Assembly (NCBI GenBank): GCA_964594535.1
Contig: CAZQNE010000006.1
Location: 19,496-83,495 of the forward strand
Source: an uncultured Lewinella sp.
GTDB taxonomy: Bacteria > Bacteroidota > Bacteroidia > Chitinophagales > Saprospiraceae
Length of the DNA stretch: 64,000 nucleotides
Reading direction: 5' to 3'
The translations under genes and the position numbers were made by a program. The notes below the pieces were generated by a model. The model was given only the letters and a program-made list of their open reading frames with translations. It made no database searches and was not told the origin of the DNA. Below are positions 19,601 to 28,882 of the stretch, piece by piece; positions within the stretch are counted from its first letter, which is position 1; the number at the start of each line of letters is the position of its first letter.

Positions 19601-20169
19601 GGATGGAGCGCATCCGTACGGTTACCCTCGACGACGGTACGGCGATCGTTCAGAATGGAGAGGTGGTCGAGAATGCCCCCGAGGTGTACATCGTGACGAA
19701 CAGCTTCACGGCCGCCGGCGGAGACGCCTACGATGAGTTCGCGGAACTGAACTTCGTCAATATCGGTCCGAGCTACCAACGCGTCCTGTTCGAATACCTC
19801 GGGGCCGAGACCGGTCTTGATGGAGTCATCACCGCCGCGGAATACCCGGCCGGTGGAGAGGGGCGGATCACGCTGCTCGACCCCACGGCCCTGCCCCCGT
19901 CGCTGGACCTGAGTACCATCGGTTGGCGCGTCAGCCCCAACCCCTTCGGCAACGAGCTTACGGTCAACTTCACGCTTCCGGCCGCGGCGGAGGTCAGCCT
20001 GGACCTGTTCGATCTGGGGGGCCGCCCCCTGGCCACCCTGGTAGCGGACCGTCTGAGCGCCGGCGACCATCGCTTCGACCTCCACAACCCGAACCTGCCG
20101 ACCGGCACGTACCTGCTGCGGATTCGCCTGGACGAGCGGGTGGCCGTCGAACGACTGATTCACCGCTAG
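16630..20169 (+). CDS. choice-of-anchor-I-type phosphatase domain + 5'-nucleotidase + T9SS C-terminal sorting domain
   Basis: ANEGEP, EPEYI and RSDDKGPEPE motifs; metallophosphoesterase HNND, GDNY and GNHDFD motifs; NGGGIRD; C-terminal SPNPF...LFDLGGR...GTYLLRI CTD. Confidence 0.85.
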   Translation: MRTLYLFAILIFCADAGAQICPDDRPTPVGTNELALTPLSTYSTGVFDEGAAEIVAYDTVSQRLFFTNADDNTVVILDISDPANPVAIDTIAPETDQLAGVNSVAVANGLVAAAFQGVSADSPGEVLLANNDGLILASFPTGPLPDMVVFSPDGNLILTANEGEPDDDYLVDPMGSVTVIDISGGLENATDTTLNFTAFNNQRARLTRGGVRLFGPGATVAQDLEPEYITVAGDRAYVVMQENNAYAILDLNRMEFTDIISFGYKDHSCSANAFDASNRDDGIIIAPRPTLGMYQPDAVASFIRGGVTYLVTANEGDARDYDGFSEEVRVADLVLDTFAYPNYRELQEDDNLGRLLSTTATGDVDCDGDIDQIYSYGARSFSIFAAETGELVFDSGSDFERLLAEVLPEDFNSNNDENDSFDSRSDDKGPEPEAVELATVNGRMYALIGLERVGGVMIYDITDPSAPAFVSYTNNRDFGVAATIEVDGEDRTNPAVGDLGVEDVVFIPADRSPTGVDLVVTANEVSGTITLFGLAEPTLTVRLIHNNDGESKIVPDTLADGTVFGGAARFVAVVDSLRATDSPSIVLSSGDNYLPGPAFNASLARADGLPLYDSEVLNAIGYDALVIGNHDFDFGPDILARVIEETAMSMATFLSANLNFSGEPELQMLVDEGRIAARTVVAVGGDSIGVIGLTTPALPTVSSPRGVTVDSNLTAIAQQQVDELVASGVNKIILISHLQSINEELALAQTLTDVDIIIAGGGDELLTNDPGNAIGGLEVDGTYPIDTIDASGDTVYVVTTPGEYRYVGNLLVEFSGDGEVLRIVDESDVIPVTGSTPVDSLVATIEDSIRAYTAVQAANIVARTEVDLDGLRASVRTMETNQGNLIADAYLWFFERERGEFDFDEDLPVIAVQNGGGIRDDEVIPAGSDISELKTFDILPFSNFVSVLEPIGPEALKSALENSVSQVPDRDGRFLQIAGFSIEYDTSRTAGMERIRTVTLDDGTAIVQNGEVVENAPEVYIVTNSFTAAGGDAYDEFAELNFVNIGPSYQRVLFEYLGAETGLDGVITAAEYPAGGEGRITLLDPTALPPSLDLSTIGWRVSPNPFGNELTVNFTLPAAAEVSLDLFDLGGRPLATLVADRLSAGDHRFDLHNPNLPTGTYLLRIRLDERVAVERLIHR

Positions 20170-20196
20170 ATTAACTAGCCCATTTCCCTGTTGTCC

Positions 20197-20227
20197 GCCC
20201 CGTCGAACCCAGTTCGGCGGGGCTTTT
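20197..20227 (+). terminator. Rho-independent terminator
   Basis: GCCCCGTCGAAC-CCA-GTTCGGCGGGGC then TTTT. Confidence 0.85.
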
Positions 20228-20260
20228 CTATCTTTCGTACGTCTCACTGACCACTCGATC

Positions 20261-21211
20261 ATGGCCACCAACGAACACCTCGACATCCCGGGTAACCCCT
20301 CCACCGCCAAGAGCAGCCAGCACGAGTTGCGAAAAGAGATCGGCAGCAGAGGCCTGCGCGTGCTGAGCGGGGCGGACTGGGCCTTCTGGCGTCGGAACGG
20401 CTACGTAGTGGTGAAGGAAGCGGTGCCGCGCGCTCAGGCCCTCCGTACGGCCGACTTCCTCTGGGAGTTTGAAGAAAAGGATCCCGACGACCCGACGACC
20501 TGGTACACCGCCCCCCGGGCCGAAATGAAAATGAAAGAACTGGCCGGTACCGGAATGGTCGAGGTGTACAATCACCAGACGCTGTGGCGGAACCGCCAGG
20601 CCCGCCGGGTGTACGATGCCTTCGTCGACGTATGGGGGACGGAAAAACTCTGGGTGACCATCGACCGGGCTAACCTGAATTTTCCTATCCGCCCCGGCTA
20701 CACTTATAGGGGCTTTATTCACTGGGACTACGACCCGGAAACCCGCCCCCAGAACGTGCAGGGTGTACTCGCCCTGGCCGACCAAACGGACCCCAATATG
20801 GGTGGCTTCCAGTGCATTCCCTGGCTGTACCGCAACTACGAGACCTGGAAGCAGGACCAACCCGAGGACCGCGACCGTTTCAAACCGGAGGTGAGCGATC
20901 TGCACGATAAACTCGTAAAGGTGCCCCTCGAAGCCGGTGACCTCCTGATTTTTAACTCCACCCTACCGCACGGCATCCGGCCTAACCACTCCACCGATAA
21001 GGTTCGCATCGCCCAGTACGTATCCATGATGCCCGCCCAGGAGGAAGATGAGGAGCTTCGGCAGTGGCGCATCCGATCGTGGCGGGACCGGATCGCTCCG
21101 GAAGGATATGCCTTCCCGGGTGACCCAAGGGGTTGGGAACGCTCGAAATACGCTACGGCCAGACTCAGTGAACTCGGGGAACGTCTGCTTGGCTTGCGGA
21201 CCTGGGACTAA
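20261..21211 (+). CDS. phytanoyl-CoA dioxygenase (PhyH) family Fe(II)/2OG oxygenase
   Basis: HWD (HxD) motif; GDLLIFNSTLPHG distal His; VRIAQY. Confidence 0.85.
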   Translation: MATNEHLDIPGNPSTAKSSQHELRKEIGSRGLRVLSGADWAFWRRNGYVVVKEAVPRAQALRTADFLWEFEEKDPDDPTTWYTAPRAEMKMKELAGTGMVEVYNHQTLWRNRQARRVYDAFVDVWGTEKLWVTIDRANLNFPIRPGYTYRGFIHWDYDPETRPQNVQGVLALADQTDPNMGGFQCIPWLYRNYETWKQDQPEDRDRFKPEVSDLHDKLVKVPLEAGDLLIFNSTLPHGIRPNHSTDKVRIAQYVSMMPAQEEDEELRQWRIRSWRDRIAPEGYAFPGDPRGWERSKYATARLSELGERLLGLRTWD

Positions 21212-21212
21212 A

Positions 21213-21246
21213 GCTGCCGGCTCCGGGAACTTGCGGAGCCGGCAGC
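21213..21246. terminator. strong hairpin between convergent genes, probably a bidirectional terminator
   Basis: Perfect 13-bp stem GCTGCCGGCTCCG / CGGAGCCGGCAGC with an 8-nt loop. Confidence 0.7.
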
Positions 21247-21260
21247 GGTGATTCGACCAC

Positions 21261-22949
21261 CTACACGGTGTAGCCCGGGTTCTGGGGGTAGCCTCCCAGC
21301 GTGCGATCGATCTGATTTTGGGGAATGGGCCGGACGACGTGGAAGTCCTGAATGTTCGGCCCGCCTTCGGGGTTGTATTCCCGTACCCGCTCGACTAGGG
21401 TGCCGGTGCGGGTGAGGTCGAACCAGCGGTGGCCCTCACCGACCAATTCCCGTGCGCGTTCGTCGAGTAGAAAGTCGAGGTCGACCATACTGGCATCCAC
21501 CATCAGGGCATCTTCCTCACCATCCACGGCACCGCGGCGGCGAATCACATTGATGTCTTCGGCAGCTCCGGCGTCATCTCCCTGTTGCAGTCGGGCCTCG
21601 GCGCGCAGGAGGTAGGCATCGCCCAGGCGCATGAGGATGAAGTCCCGCTGCCCCTGCACATGCTGTCGGTTGGGGCGGGTGGGATCCAGCCACTTGCTCA
21701 GCGTGGGGTACACCCGTTCGGTGTACTCATCGGGAGTAACGACCATATAGGGGGCGGCGGCCTGGCGCTCCTGGTCCCATTCATCTTCCAGCTGGGGGCC
21801 GGGAATAAATACGGCCGTATCCCCCAGACCGAACTTAGGCGCTCCCTCGGTACCCAGGCCGGCGGCGGCTTCCTCGGCGGTATAGGTCGGAATGCTACTC
21901 GCGGAGTTCGCTAACCAGGCCGACTTGAAAGACTTATCGTAGCGCGAATCGACGGAGCGATCCCAGAGGTCGAGGGTATAGGCCGTGGGGCGGAAGCGCT
22001 TCCAGGGCCGGCCGTTAGCAATGTCGCGGGTCATACCCGGAAGCCGGTCGTATTCCATCAGAAAGTAGAGGTGGCCGCGGTTGCCCTGCCCGTCCAGTCC
22101 CTCGTCGACCTGGCTTTTGGAATTCTGGATGCTGAAGATGACCTCCGCATTCTGCTCATTGTCGATGGCCCAGAGATCGGCGAAGTCGTCGAGTAGCTCG
22201 AACCCGTAGTCTTCGATCACGTTCGTCAACAGTTCCTCCGCCCGGCTGGCATCATCCCCGGCCGCGAAGTCCGTATAACTCCGCCGCAGCAACACCTTGG
22301 CGAGCAGCATTTCGGCGGCGGGTTTGGTGGCCCGGCCGTAATCACTTTGCTCCGTGGGAAGGTTAGCAACCGCAAACTCCAGGTCCGGTATGATCGCCGC
22401 CGCGTACACCTCCGAGGCGGGCGTTTTGTTGGCCGTAACCTCGATGCCGACGGTTTCTTCCAGCGTCAGGTGTACGTCGCCGTAAATGCGGACCAGATCG
22501 AAGTAGTACATGGCCCGTAGGAAACGGACTTCGGCCAGCCGGAGGGTTTTTTGTTCCTCCGTTACGCCTTCGAGTGAGGCACTGCGGTCCACGACGGCGT
22601 TGGCCTGGTTGATGCCGCGGTACAGGTCGCGCCAAGTATCGCGGATGAACCCGTTCGTGCCATTTAACTGGCCGTCGTAGGCATTGATGCCCTTGTGCCC
22701 GCCATCGGATCCGTTGGTGTAGGTATCCGTTCCGAACACCGTCAGGGTGAACCCCCGCTCCACTCCGTAGAATGGCTTCATATAGGAGTAGGTCGCCTTT
22801 ACGGCATCCTCGAAGCCAGCGGGCGTGGGATAGTAGGTGGCTGCCGATACGTCGGATACCAATTCTTCCTGAAGGTATTCCTCACAGGATTGGGTGAGGG
22901 CGCCCAGAACGACCAGGCAGCAAAATGAAAATAGGTGCTTCGTTTTCAC
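21261..22949 (-). CDS. SusD/RagB lipoprotein
   Basis: Lipobox TQSC; LMRLGDAYLLRAEA and LDERARELVGEGHRWFDLTR motifs; GTG start. Confidence 0.95.
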   Translation of the reverse strand: MKTKHLFSFCCLVVLGALTQSCEEYLQEELVSDVSAATYYPTPAGFEDAVKATYSYMKPFYGVERGFTLTVFGTDTYTNGSDGGHKGINAYDGQLNGTNGFIRDTWRDLYRGINQANAVVDRSASLEGVTEEQKTLRLAEVRFLRAMYYFDLVRIYGDVHLTLEETVGIEVTANKTPASEVYAAAIIPDLEFAVANLPTEQSDYGRATKPAAEMLLAKVLLRRSYTDFAAGDDASRAEELLTNVIEDYGFELLDDFADLWAIDNEQNAEVIFSIQNSKSQVDEGLDGQGNRGHLYFLMEYDRLPGMTRDIANGRPWKRFRPTAYTLDLWDRSVDSRYDKSFKSAWLANSASSIPTYTAEEAAAGLGTEGAPKFGLGDTAVFIPGPQLEDEWDQERQAAAPYMVVTPDEYTERVYPTLSKWLDPTRPNRQHVQGQRDFILMRLGDAYLLRAEARLQQGDDAGAAEDINVIRRRGAVDGEEDALMVDASMVDLDFLLDERARELVGEGHRWFDLTRTGTLVERVREYNPEGGPNIQDFHVVRPIPQNQIDRTLGGYPQNPGYTV

Positions 22950-22960
22950 GATGGTATATT

Positions 22961-25942
22961 TTAGAAGGTGGCACGAATACCGCCAATGATGAGTCGGTTG
23001 CTGGGGATGACGCCGTTAATCTCGGGATCGAAAGTGTCGTAATCGCTACTGAACCAGAGGTTCTGACCCGAAGCGTATACCCGTAGCCGCGACAGCCCCA
23101 TTCTGGTGATCAGGTTATCGGGCAGGTTATAGCCGATCTGAATGTTGCGTAGCTTCAGGAAACTACCGTCGAAGTAGGACAGGGTGTTTCCGTCACGGGG
23201 GCGTTCCTGGTTCTGATTCGGACGGGGGTTTTCGTTGGTCGGATTATTGACCGTCCAGTAATCGACGTCGAGGTTATTGTAGCGCGCGAATAGGGTGTTG
23301 TTACCCCGGTGGAACCGGCTGGCAATCATCTGCCCCTGCCGGAAAAAGAAGAAGATGCTCAGATCGAAGCCCCGGTACTGAAAACTGTTGGTGATACCAC
23401 CGAAGAAGTCGGGGACGTCGCTACCCAGGATCACGCGGTCGGCGGGGGTAATTTGCCCGTCGCCGTCCTGATCCCGAAGTTTGATTTCCCCCGGCACCTT
23501 GTTCTCGGCCGAGTTAGCCAATTCGACCTCGTCGAGCTGGTAGATGCCGATCTTCTCGTAGTCGAAGAACACATTGAGCGGCTCCCCGATGAACCACTCG
23601 TTTCCGATATCGTCGGTCGGGTTGCCGTCTTCGTCCACCAGGGCTAACTCTACGATCTCCTCGTCGTAGGTAGAGATGTTGAAGTTGACGTTCCACTGCA
23701 ATCCGGTCGGGTTGGTCAGAATAGCCGCCCCGATATTCATCTCCGCCCCCTGGGTGCGGGTGGAGCCGATATTCTGCAGGATGTTCGCGTAGCCACTGGT
23801 GGGCGGCAGGTTGCGGGCCAGTAGGATGTCATCGGTATTGGTACGGTACACTTCGAAGGAACCGTTGAAGCGGCCGTTCAGAATGTCGAAGTCAATACCC
23901 GCATTCACCGTTTTGGCTACCTCCCAGGTGAGGTCCGGGTTAGGGATGTCGTTCAGGGCGAAGCCGAAGGCCGGGCTCTCGTCCCAGGCGTAGGTCGTCC
24001 GCCGCAGGCCACCCTGGGTACTGTAGGGGTCTACGGCCGTGTTACCTACCTCGCCGTAGCTGGCCCGTACCTTTAACCCGTCGAGCCAGTCTACGCCGGC
24101 CAGAAAGGGTTCGGCGCCCAGACGCCATCCGACCGACACGCCGGGAAAGTAATTCCATTTGTTGCCATCCGAGAGGCGGCTGGAACCATCGGCCCGCAGA
24201 CTGGCCTGCAGCAGGTACTTGCCGTTGATATTGTAGTTGAGGCGGCCCATGAAGGAAGCCAGTTGCCACTCTTCCAGACGGGAATTCAGGTCGCCCTTCA
24301 CTTCGGCCGAGCCGATGTTGTAGAACAGCTGCTCCTCGTAGGGCAAATTAACCACCGCCACCCGCGACCGCTCGTACTGGAAGCTCTGAATGGACTGCAG
24401 GAAGGTGACGCCGAGGTTGTCATTGGCACCAATGCTGCGGTTGTAATTCAGGATGTTTTCCCAGGTGTACCCGAAGTCGCGACTGTTTTCCACCTCGGCA
24501 TCCGCCGGGCCACCGCGATTATCGTTCGTGAGACTGGCCCGAAACTCCCCGCGCCGGTAGTAGCGTACGTCGGGTCCGAAGTTGGTCGTAAACTGCAAGC
24601 CGGGGAGCAAATCGGCTTTGAAATAGATCGGCGCGAAAATGCGGGTCACCTCCCGCTCATCGATGTAGGCATTCTCGACCAGCTCGGAAAGGGGGTTGGT
24701 CCGGATACCGTCGTTGGTCGGCAAGAATCGGATGCTACCGTCTTCGTTGTAGGGTACACCGAGCGGGTTGTTGGCAAGGGCCTCGTTGACCGTAGCGTCA
24801 GACCCCCAGTTCTGCACGGAATTGGATGCCGTAAAGGAAATGCCCGCCTGAAAGATCGAACCGATACGCTGGTCCAGGTTCACGCGGGCCGTGTAGCGCT
24901 TAAAGTCCTGGTTGGCAATGATGCCCTGCTCGTCAAAGTAGCCGAGGGACATATTGAACTGCGTTCGCTCGTTGCCGCCCCGCACGCCCAGTTGGTGGTT
25001 CATCTGGTAGCCGTTGCCGAAGACCAGGTCCTGGAAATCGGTGGTGCGGCCGGCGGCCAGGCTCTCCAGTTCGATGGGGTCTTCGAAGACCACCTCGTCG
25101 GCGGGAATGTCCCCGTCGTAGCCGACGCGCTGGCTCTCGCGCTTCATCGCGGCGAACTCCTCCCCGTTCATCATGTCTACCGTTCCGGTGGCGCTGGTGG
25201 GGCCGTAGTATCCGTCATAATTCACGATGGTGCGCCCCACCGATCCCCGTTTGGTGGTTACCAGTACGACGCCATTGCTGCCCCGGCTTCCGTAGATGGC
25301 GGTGGCGGCGGCATCCTTCAGGATCTCCATGGAAGCAATGTCCTGGGGATTAATGTCGGCAATAGCGTTGGTACCGCTGGTCTGCGGGATTCCGTCGATG
25401 ACGAACAGGGGGTCGTTATCCGCCGTGAGCGACCGGCGCCCCCGAATGAGAATGCTGGGGTTCTGCCCGGGGCGCCCCCCTCCCTGTACGATATCCACCC
25501 CGCTGACCTGCCCCTGCATGGCGGCCACGGCCCCGGGGGCGGCAATCTTTTCGATTTCTTCCGAATCCAAACTGGCGATGGCGGCGGTCACGTCGCGCTT
25601 TTTCTGCACTCCGTAGCCTACCACCACTACTTCATCCAGGGTGGCGGCATCTTCTACCATGACGATTTCGAAAGAGGTTTGGTCGCCGACCTGAATGAGC
25701 TGACTCTCGTAGCCGGTATAGGTGACGATGAGGACGGGGTCCTCGCCGGTCACTTCCATGCTGAAGGTGCCGTCGATGTCGGTGACCGTGCCGGTAGTGG
25801 TCCCCTCCTGTCGGATAGTAGCTCCAATCAGCGGCATGCCACTCTGATCGGTGATTACGCCGGTAATGGTTGCCTGGGGTGCGGGACCGGCGAAGACCCC
25901 CCACGCCCCGAACAGGCATAGCAGTAGCAGAATATAACGCAT
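22961..25942 (-). CDS. SusC/RagA TonB-dependent receptor
   Basis: PLFVIDG and KDAAATAIYGSRGSNGVVLVTTKRG motifs; C-terminal Phe. Confidence 0.95.
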   Translation of the reverse strand: MRYILLLLCLFGAWGVFAGPAPQATITGVITDQSGMPLIGATIRQEGTTTGTVTDIDGTFSMEVTGEDPVLIVTYTGYESQLIQVGDQTSFEIVMVEDAATLDEVVVVGYGVQKKRDVTAAIASLDSEEIEKIAAPGAVAAMQGQVSGVDIVQGGGRPGQNPSILIRGRRSLTADNDPLFVIDGIPQTSGTNAIADINPQDIASMEILKDAAATAIYGSRGSNGVVLVTTKRGSVGRTIVNYDGYYGPTSATGTVDMMNGEEFAAMKRESQRVGYDGDIPADEVVFEDPIELESLAAGRTTDFQDLVFGNGYQMNHQLGVRGGNERTQFNMSLGYFDEQGIIANQDFKRYTARVNLDQRIGSIFQAGISFTASNSVQNWGSDATVNEALANNPLGVPYNEDGSIRFLPTNDGIRTNPLSELVENAYIDEREVTRIFAPIYFKADLLPGLQFTTNFGPDVRYYRRGEFRASLTNDNRGGPADAEVENSRDFGYTWENILNYNRSIGANDNLGVTFLQSIQSFQYERSRVAVVNLPYEEQLFYNIGSAEVKGDLNSRLEEWQLASFMGRLNYNINGKYLLQASLRADGSSRLSDGNKWNYFPGVSVGWRLGAEPFLAGVDWLDGLKVRASYGEVGNTAVDPYSTQGGLRRTTYAWDESPAFGFALNDIPNPDLTWEVAKTVNAGIDFDILNGRFNGSFEVYRTNTDDILLARNLPPTSGYANILQNIGSTRTQGAEMNIGAAILTNPTGLQWNVNFNISTYDEEIVELALVDEDGNPTDDIGNEWFIGEPLNVFFDYEKIGIYQLDEVELANSAENKVPGEIKLRDQDGDGQITPADRVILGSDVPDFFGGITNSFQYRGFDLSIFFFFRQGQMIASRFHRGNNTLFARYNNLDVDYWTVNNPTNENPRPNQNQERPRDGNTLSYFDGSFLKLRNIQIGYNLPDNLITRMGLSRLRVYASGQNLWFSSDYDTFDPEINGVIPSNRLIIGGIRATF

Positions 25943-26126
25943 ACGGGATGGGTTAATAGAGTGATTAAATTTTTAGTACTAGTAGAATTCATGCTAAATA
26001 TAGCATAAAGGCGTATTAAACCAATATTAAATAATACTTTACTTACTTCGCTGCCCACCGCGGTTCATTTGCGCGGTTCAGGGTCAACCCTACGCCCTGG
26101 AGTCCGGTTAGGAGCCCCAAAGCGAT

Positions 26127-26807
26127 ATGTCACCTAAACTCGAGATCATCCAGCAGGCTCCCGGTTGGGCCGTAGTGAACAAACCGGCCGGTATTGCCAC
26201 GGAGCGCCACTTCCAGTACGATACGGTGGAGGCGCGGGCGCAGGTGCAGTGGAAACGACGGGGAGCGACTAAGCCGGCGTACGTCGGTATCGTCCACCGG
26301 CTGGACCGGGTCACCAGCGGGGCGCTGTTGCTGGCCCGTAAGAAGTCAGTACTCGTCAGATTAAATTCGCACTTCGCCGAGCGGCGGGCCGAGAAGGTAT
26401 ACTGGGCCGTGACGGCCGCCGCCCTGCCCTCCCCCACCGGCGAGCTGCACGACTACCTGCTACGGGATGCCGGGCGCAAGCGGGCCGTAGTGAGCAGGCG
26501 CCCGGTGCCGGGCGGGAAGGAAGCCCAACTGAGCTACGAACTGCTCCGGGAAGACCGGGGCCTGTACCTGTACGTCGTGCGCCCAACCACCGGGCGGTTT
26601 CATCAGATCCGGGCGCAATTGGCCGCCGCCGGCGCGCCGATCTTCGGAGACCAGCTGTACGACTCGACCCGCATCCTGGGTAGCTACCGGATTGCCCTCC
26701 ACGCCCGGCAACTGGCCTTCCCCGCCCCCGGTGATCCGGAAGAATACGTTCGGGTCACCGCTCCCCTACCCGATTACTGGCCACTAGCGGTTCCGGCCGG
26801 TGTGTAG
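26127..26807 (+). CDS. RluA-family pseudouridine synthase
   Basis: VVNKPAG, HRLDRVTSG (catalytic Asp), TGRFHQIR and ALHA motifs. Confidence 0.92.
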   Translation: MSPKLEIIQQAPGWAVVNKPAGIATERHFQYDTVEARAQVQWKRRGATKPAYVGIVHRLDRVTSGALLLARKKSVLVRLNSHFAERRAEKVYWAVTAAALPSPTGELHDYLLRDAGRKRAVVSRRPVPGGKEAQLSYELLREDRGLYLYVVRPTTGRFHQIRAQLAAAGAPIFGDQLYDSTRILGSYRIALHARQLAFPAPGDPEEYVRVTAPLPDYWPLAVPAGV

Positions 26808-27330
26808 GGCAGACGCAGTAAGCTGGGTGATCCTGATAATCACCCTGGTCGGGTGTCGGCAGGAAAGCCCGGTCCGGTCGGTTTCGGAGATCTTTGCACC
26901 CGCGTCCCCGCCCCCGGTGTACGACGAATTTGCCGGGCTGGCCGATCTGTTCGCCCAGCGCAACGACACCACCTACCTGATCAACTTCTGGGCCACCTGG
27001 TGTAAACCGTGCCTCGACGAACTTCCCCTGCTTCAGGAAATTGAACGAACCTACCCGGACCGACCGCTGGAGGTACTGCTGGTCAGTCTGGATACTGACC
27101 CCGACGCCATTGCCCGTATTCCCGATTACCTCGACCGCCGCGACATCGACTTACCCACGGTGGTCCTCACCGACCAAGGATCGCAGTGGCAACGGGAACT
27201 AGACGAAAACTGGGATGGCAGCCTGCCGACTACCTTTATCTACCGCAACGGCCTGCGCTACGTATACCGCCGCAACTTCCGCACCCTGCCGGACGTGCGC
27301 GATGCCGTAATGCCCCTGCTTGACCGGTAG
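26800..27330 (+). CDS. TlpA-like thioredoxin lipoprotein
   Basis: INFWATWCKPC (CxxC) and SLPTT motifs; LVGC lipobox. Confidence 0.85.
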   Translation: MCRADAVSWVILIITLVGCRQESPVRSVSEIFAPASPPPVYDEFAGLADLFAQRNDTTYLINFWATWCKPCLDELPLLQEIERTYPDRPLEVLLVSLDTDPDAIARIPDYLDRRDIDLPTVVLTDQGSQWQRELDENWDGSLPTTFIYRNGLRYVYRRNFRTLPDVRDAVMPLLDR

Positions 27331-27400
27331 CCGACTTTTTTCCGGTGGGGGACGAACGTAGCGGGGATTCTGCGTATTTTAACCCGTAAACCCTATCCAC

Positions 27401-27982
27401 ATGCGGCAGCTATACCTACTCCTATTCTTGTGCTGGAGCGCGGTGGCTTTCGGCGATTCCTACCGGGGCTTCCTACTGACTAAAGACGGCTACCAGCTGA
27501 CCGGCTACCTCAACGTGTTGCAGTACACCGCCGGTGGCAACCTGATCACCTTCACCAACGACTTCGGGGACGAGTACGTCATCCACCCCTTTTTGGTAAG
27601 CGGATTCGGTTTTACCTACGACGGAGAAACGATGCGCTTCGTAAGCCGGCGCCACGAGGGGATGTGGTTTTTCCTCCAGGAAGAAGTGCGGGGTCGTTCC
27701 GTAAGTCTGTTCCGCCTGCCCCGGGGGAGCGGCCGCTGGGTGGACGACACCATGCTTCGCTTCCTGGCCAGCCCGCCGCCCGAGTATTACCTGGAGTACG
27801 CCCGGGGGCAGTTCCTGGGGGTGCCGCGGCTGGGGTATAAGCGGACGCTACGCGAGTTCTTTGCCGCTAGCAACCCGAGGCTGTCCGCTAAGATCGGTAA
27901 GCGGGGCTACCGGTACCGCGACCTGGATGCCATCGTGCGGGAGTGTAATGAACTGCGTAGCCGCAAACGGCGTAGACTGTAG
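27401..27982 (+). CDS. secreted hypothetical protein
   Basis: Signal peptide; operonic position; coding-like composition. Confidence 0.65.
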   Translation: MRQLYLLLFLCWSAVAFGDSYRGFLLTKDGYQLTGYLNVLQYTAGGNLITFTNDFGDEYVIHPFLVSGFGFTYDGETMRFVSRRHEGMWFFLQEEVRGRSVSLFRLPRGSGRWVDDTMLRFLASPPPEYYLEYARGQFLGVPRLGYKRTLREFFAASNPRLSAKIGKRGYRYRDLDAIVRECNELRSRKRRRL

Positions 27983-28021
27983 GCAGGGACGTACCTTGCC
28001 ACCAGTCAGCTGCCGACACGC

Positions 28022-28882
28022 ATGTTAAAGAAAGACCTCGCGGGATTTTTCGCCTTTTTCCTGGGCATCTTTGGCGTACACCGCTTCTACTTGGGGCAGT
28101 GGTGGCGGGGGGCGGCGCAGTTTCTGGGTTTCTGGACGCTCATTGCGCTCGTGGCCGAAACGAACGGCGAAATGCCCCTTCCCTTCGTACTGGTCGGGTT
28201 CATCCTGGCTCCGATCATCACGGCCATCGTGTTCTGGGCGACACCTTACGAGCAGTGGGCCGCCAAGTACGATCCCCAGGCTCTGACGGCCCGGGGGTAC
28301 CAGTCGGGCACCATCACCCGCCGGAAAGAATACCGCGTGGGTACGCCCCCGCCCGCCGATTTGCGGGCGCTGAAAGCAGAAGGAGTGAAGTACTACCGCA
28401 GCGGCGATTTCGACCTGGCCGTCGAGGCCTTCGAAGAGGCCGTGGAGTTGGTGCCCACCGACCCGGTAGCCCACTTCAACGTGGCGTGCTGTTACGCCCT
28501 GCTGGGCCGGTTTCCGGCCGCGCTGCGTTCGCTGGAAGTAGCCGTCACCCACAACCTCCCCAAGCCCGAACGCATCGAGCACCACCCCGCCCTGCGCGAC
28601 CTGCGGGCCAGTGATGCCTACCGCCGCTTCCGGGAAAATAACTACCGCCAGCTCAACCTGATCGAACTGACCTCACCCACCGAGGTACCCACCGAGGCCG
28701 GCCACGCCGGGGCGGATGAAGTGCTGGAAGACTTCGGTGCCCCACCGCGGAGCAATGCCTACCGCCGGCGCAACGCCGATGGCGACTTACTGGAACAGAT
28801 GGCGCGGCTGCGCGAACTCTACGACAGCGGCGTCCTGACCCAGCGGGAGTACCGGATGCAGCGGGAGAAATTGCTCGGCTGA
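28022..28882 (+). CDS. TM2-domain + TPR + SHOCT-like protein
   Basis: FLGIFGVHRFYLG TM2 motif; TPR helices (AHFNVACCYA); C-terminal LRELYDSGVLTQREY. Confidence 0.8.
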   Translation: MLKKDLAGFFAFFLGIFGVHRFYLGQWWRGAAQFLGFWTLIALVAETNGEMPLPFVLVGFILAPIITAIVFWATPYEQWAAKYDPQALTARGYQSGTITRRKEYRVGTPPPADLRALKAEGVKYYRSGDFDLAVEAFEEAVELVPTDPVAHFNVACCYALLGRFPAALRSLEVAVTHNLPKPERIEHHPALRDLRASDAYRRFRENNYRQLNLIELTSPTEVPTEAGHAGADEVLEDFGAPPRSNAYRRRNADGDLLEQMARLRELYDSGVLTQREYRMQREKLLG

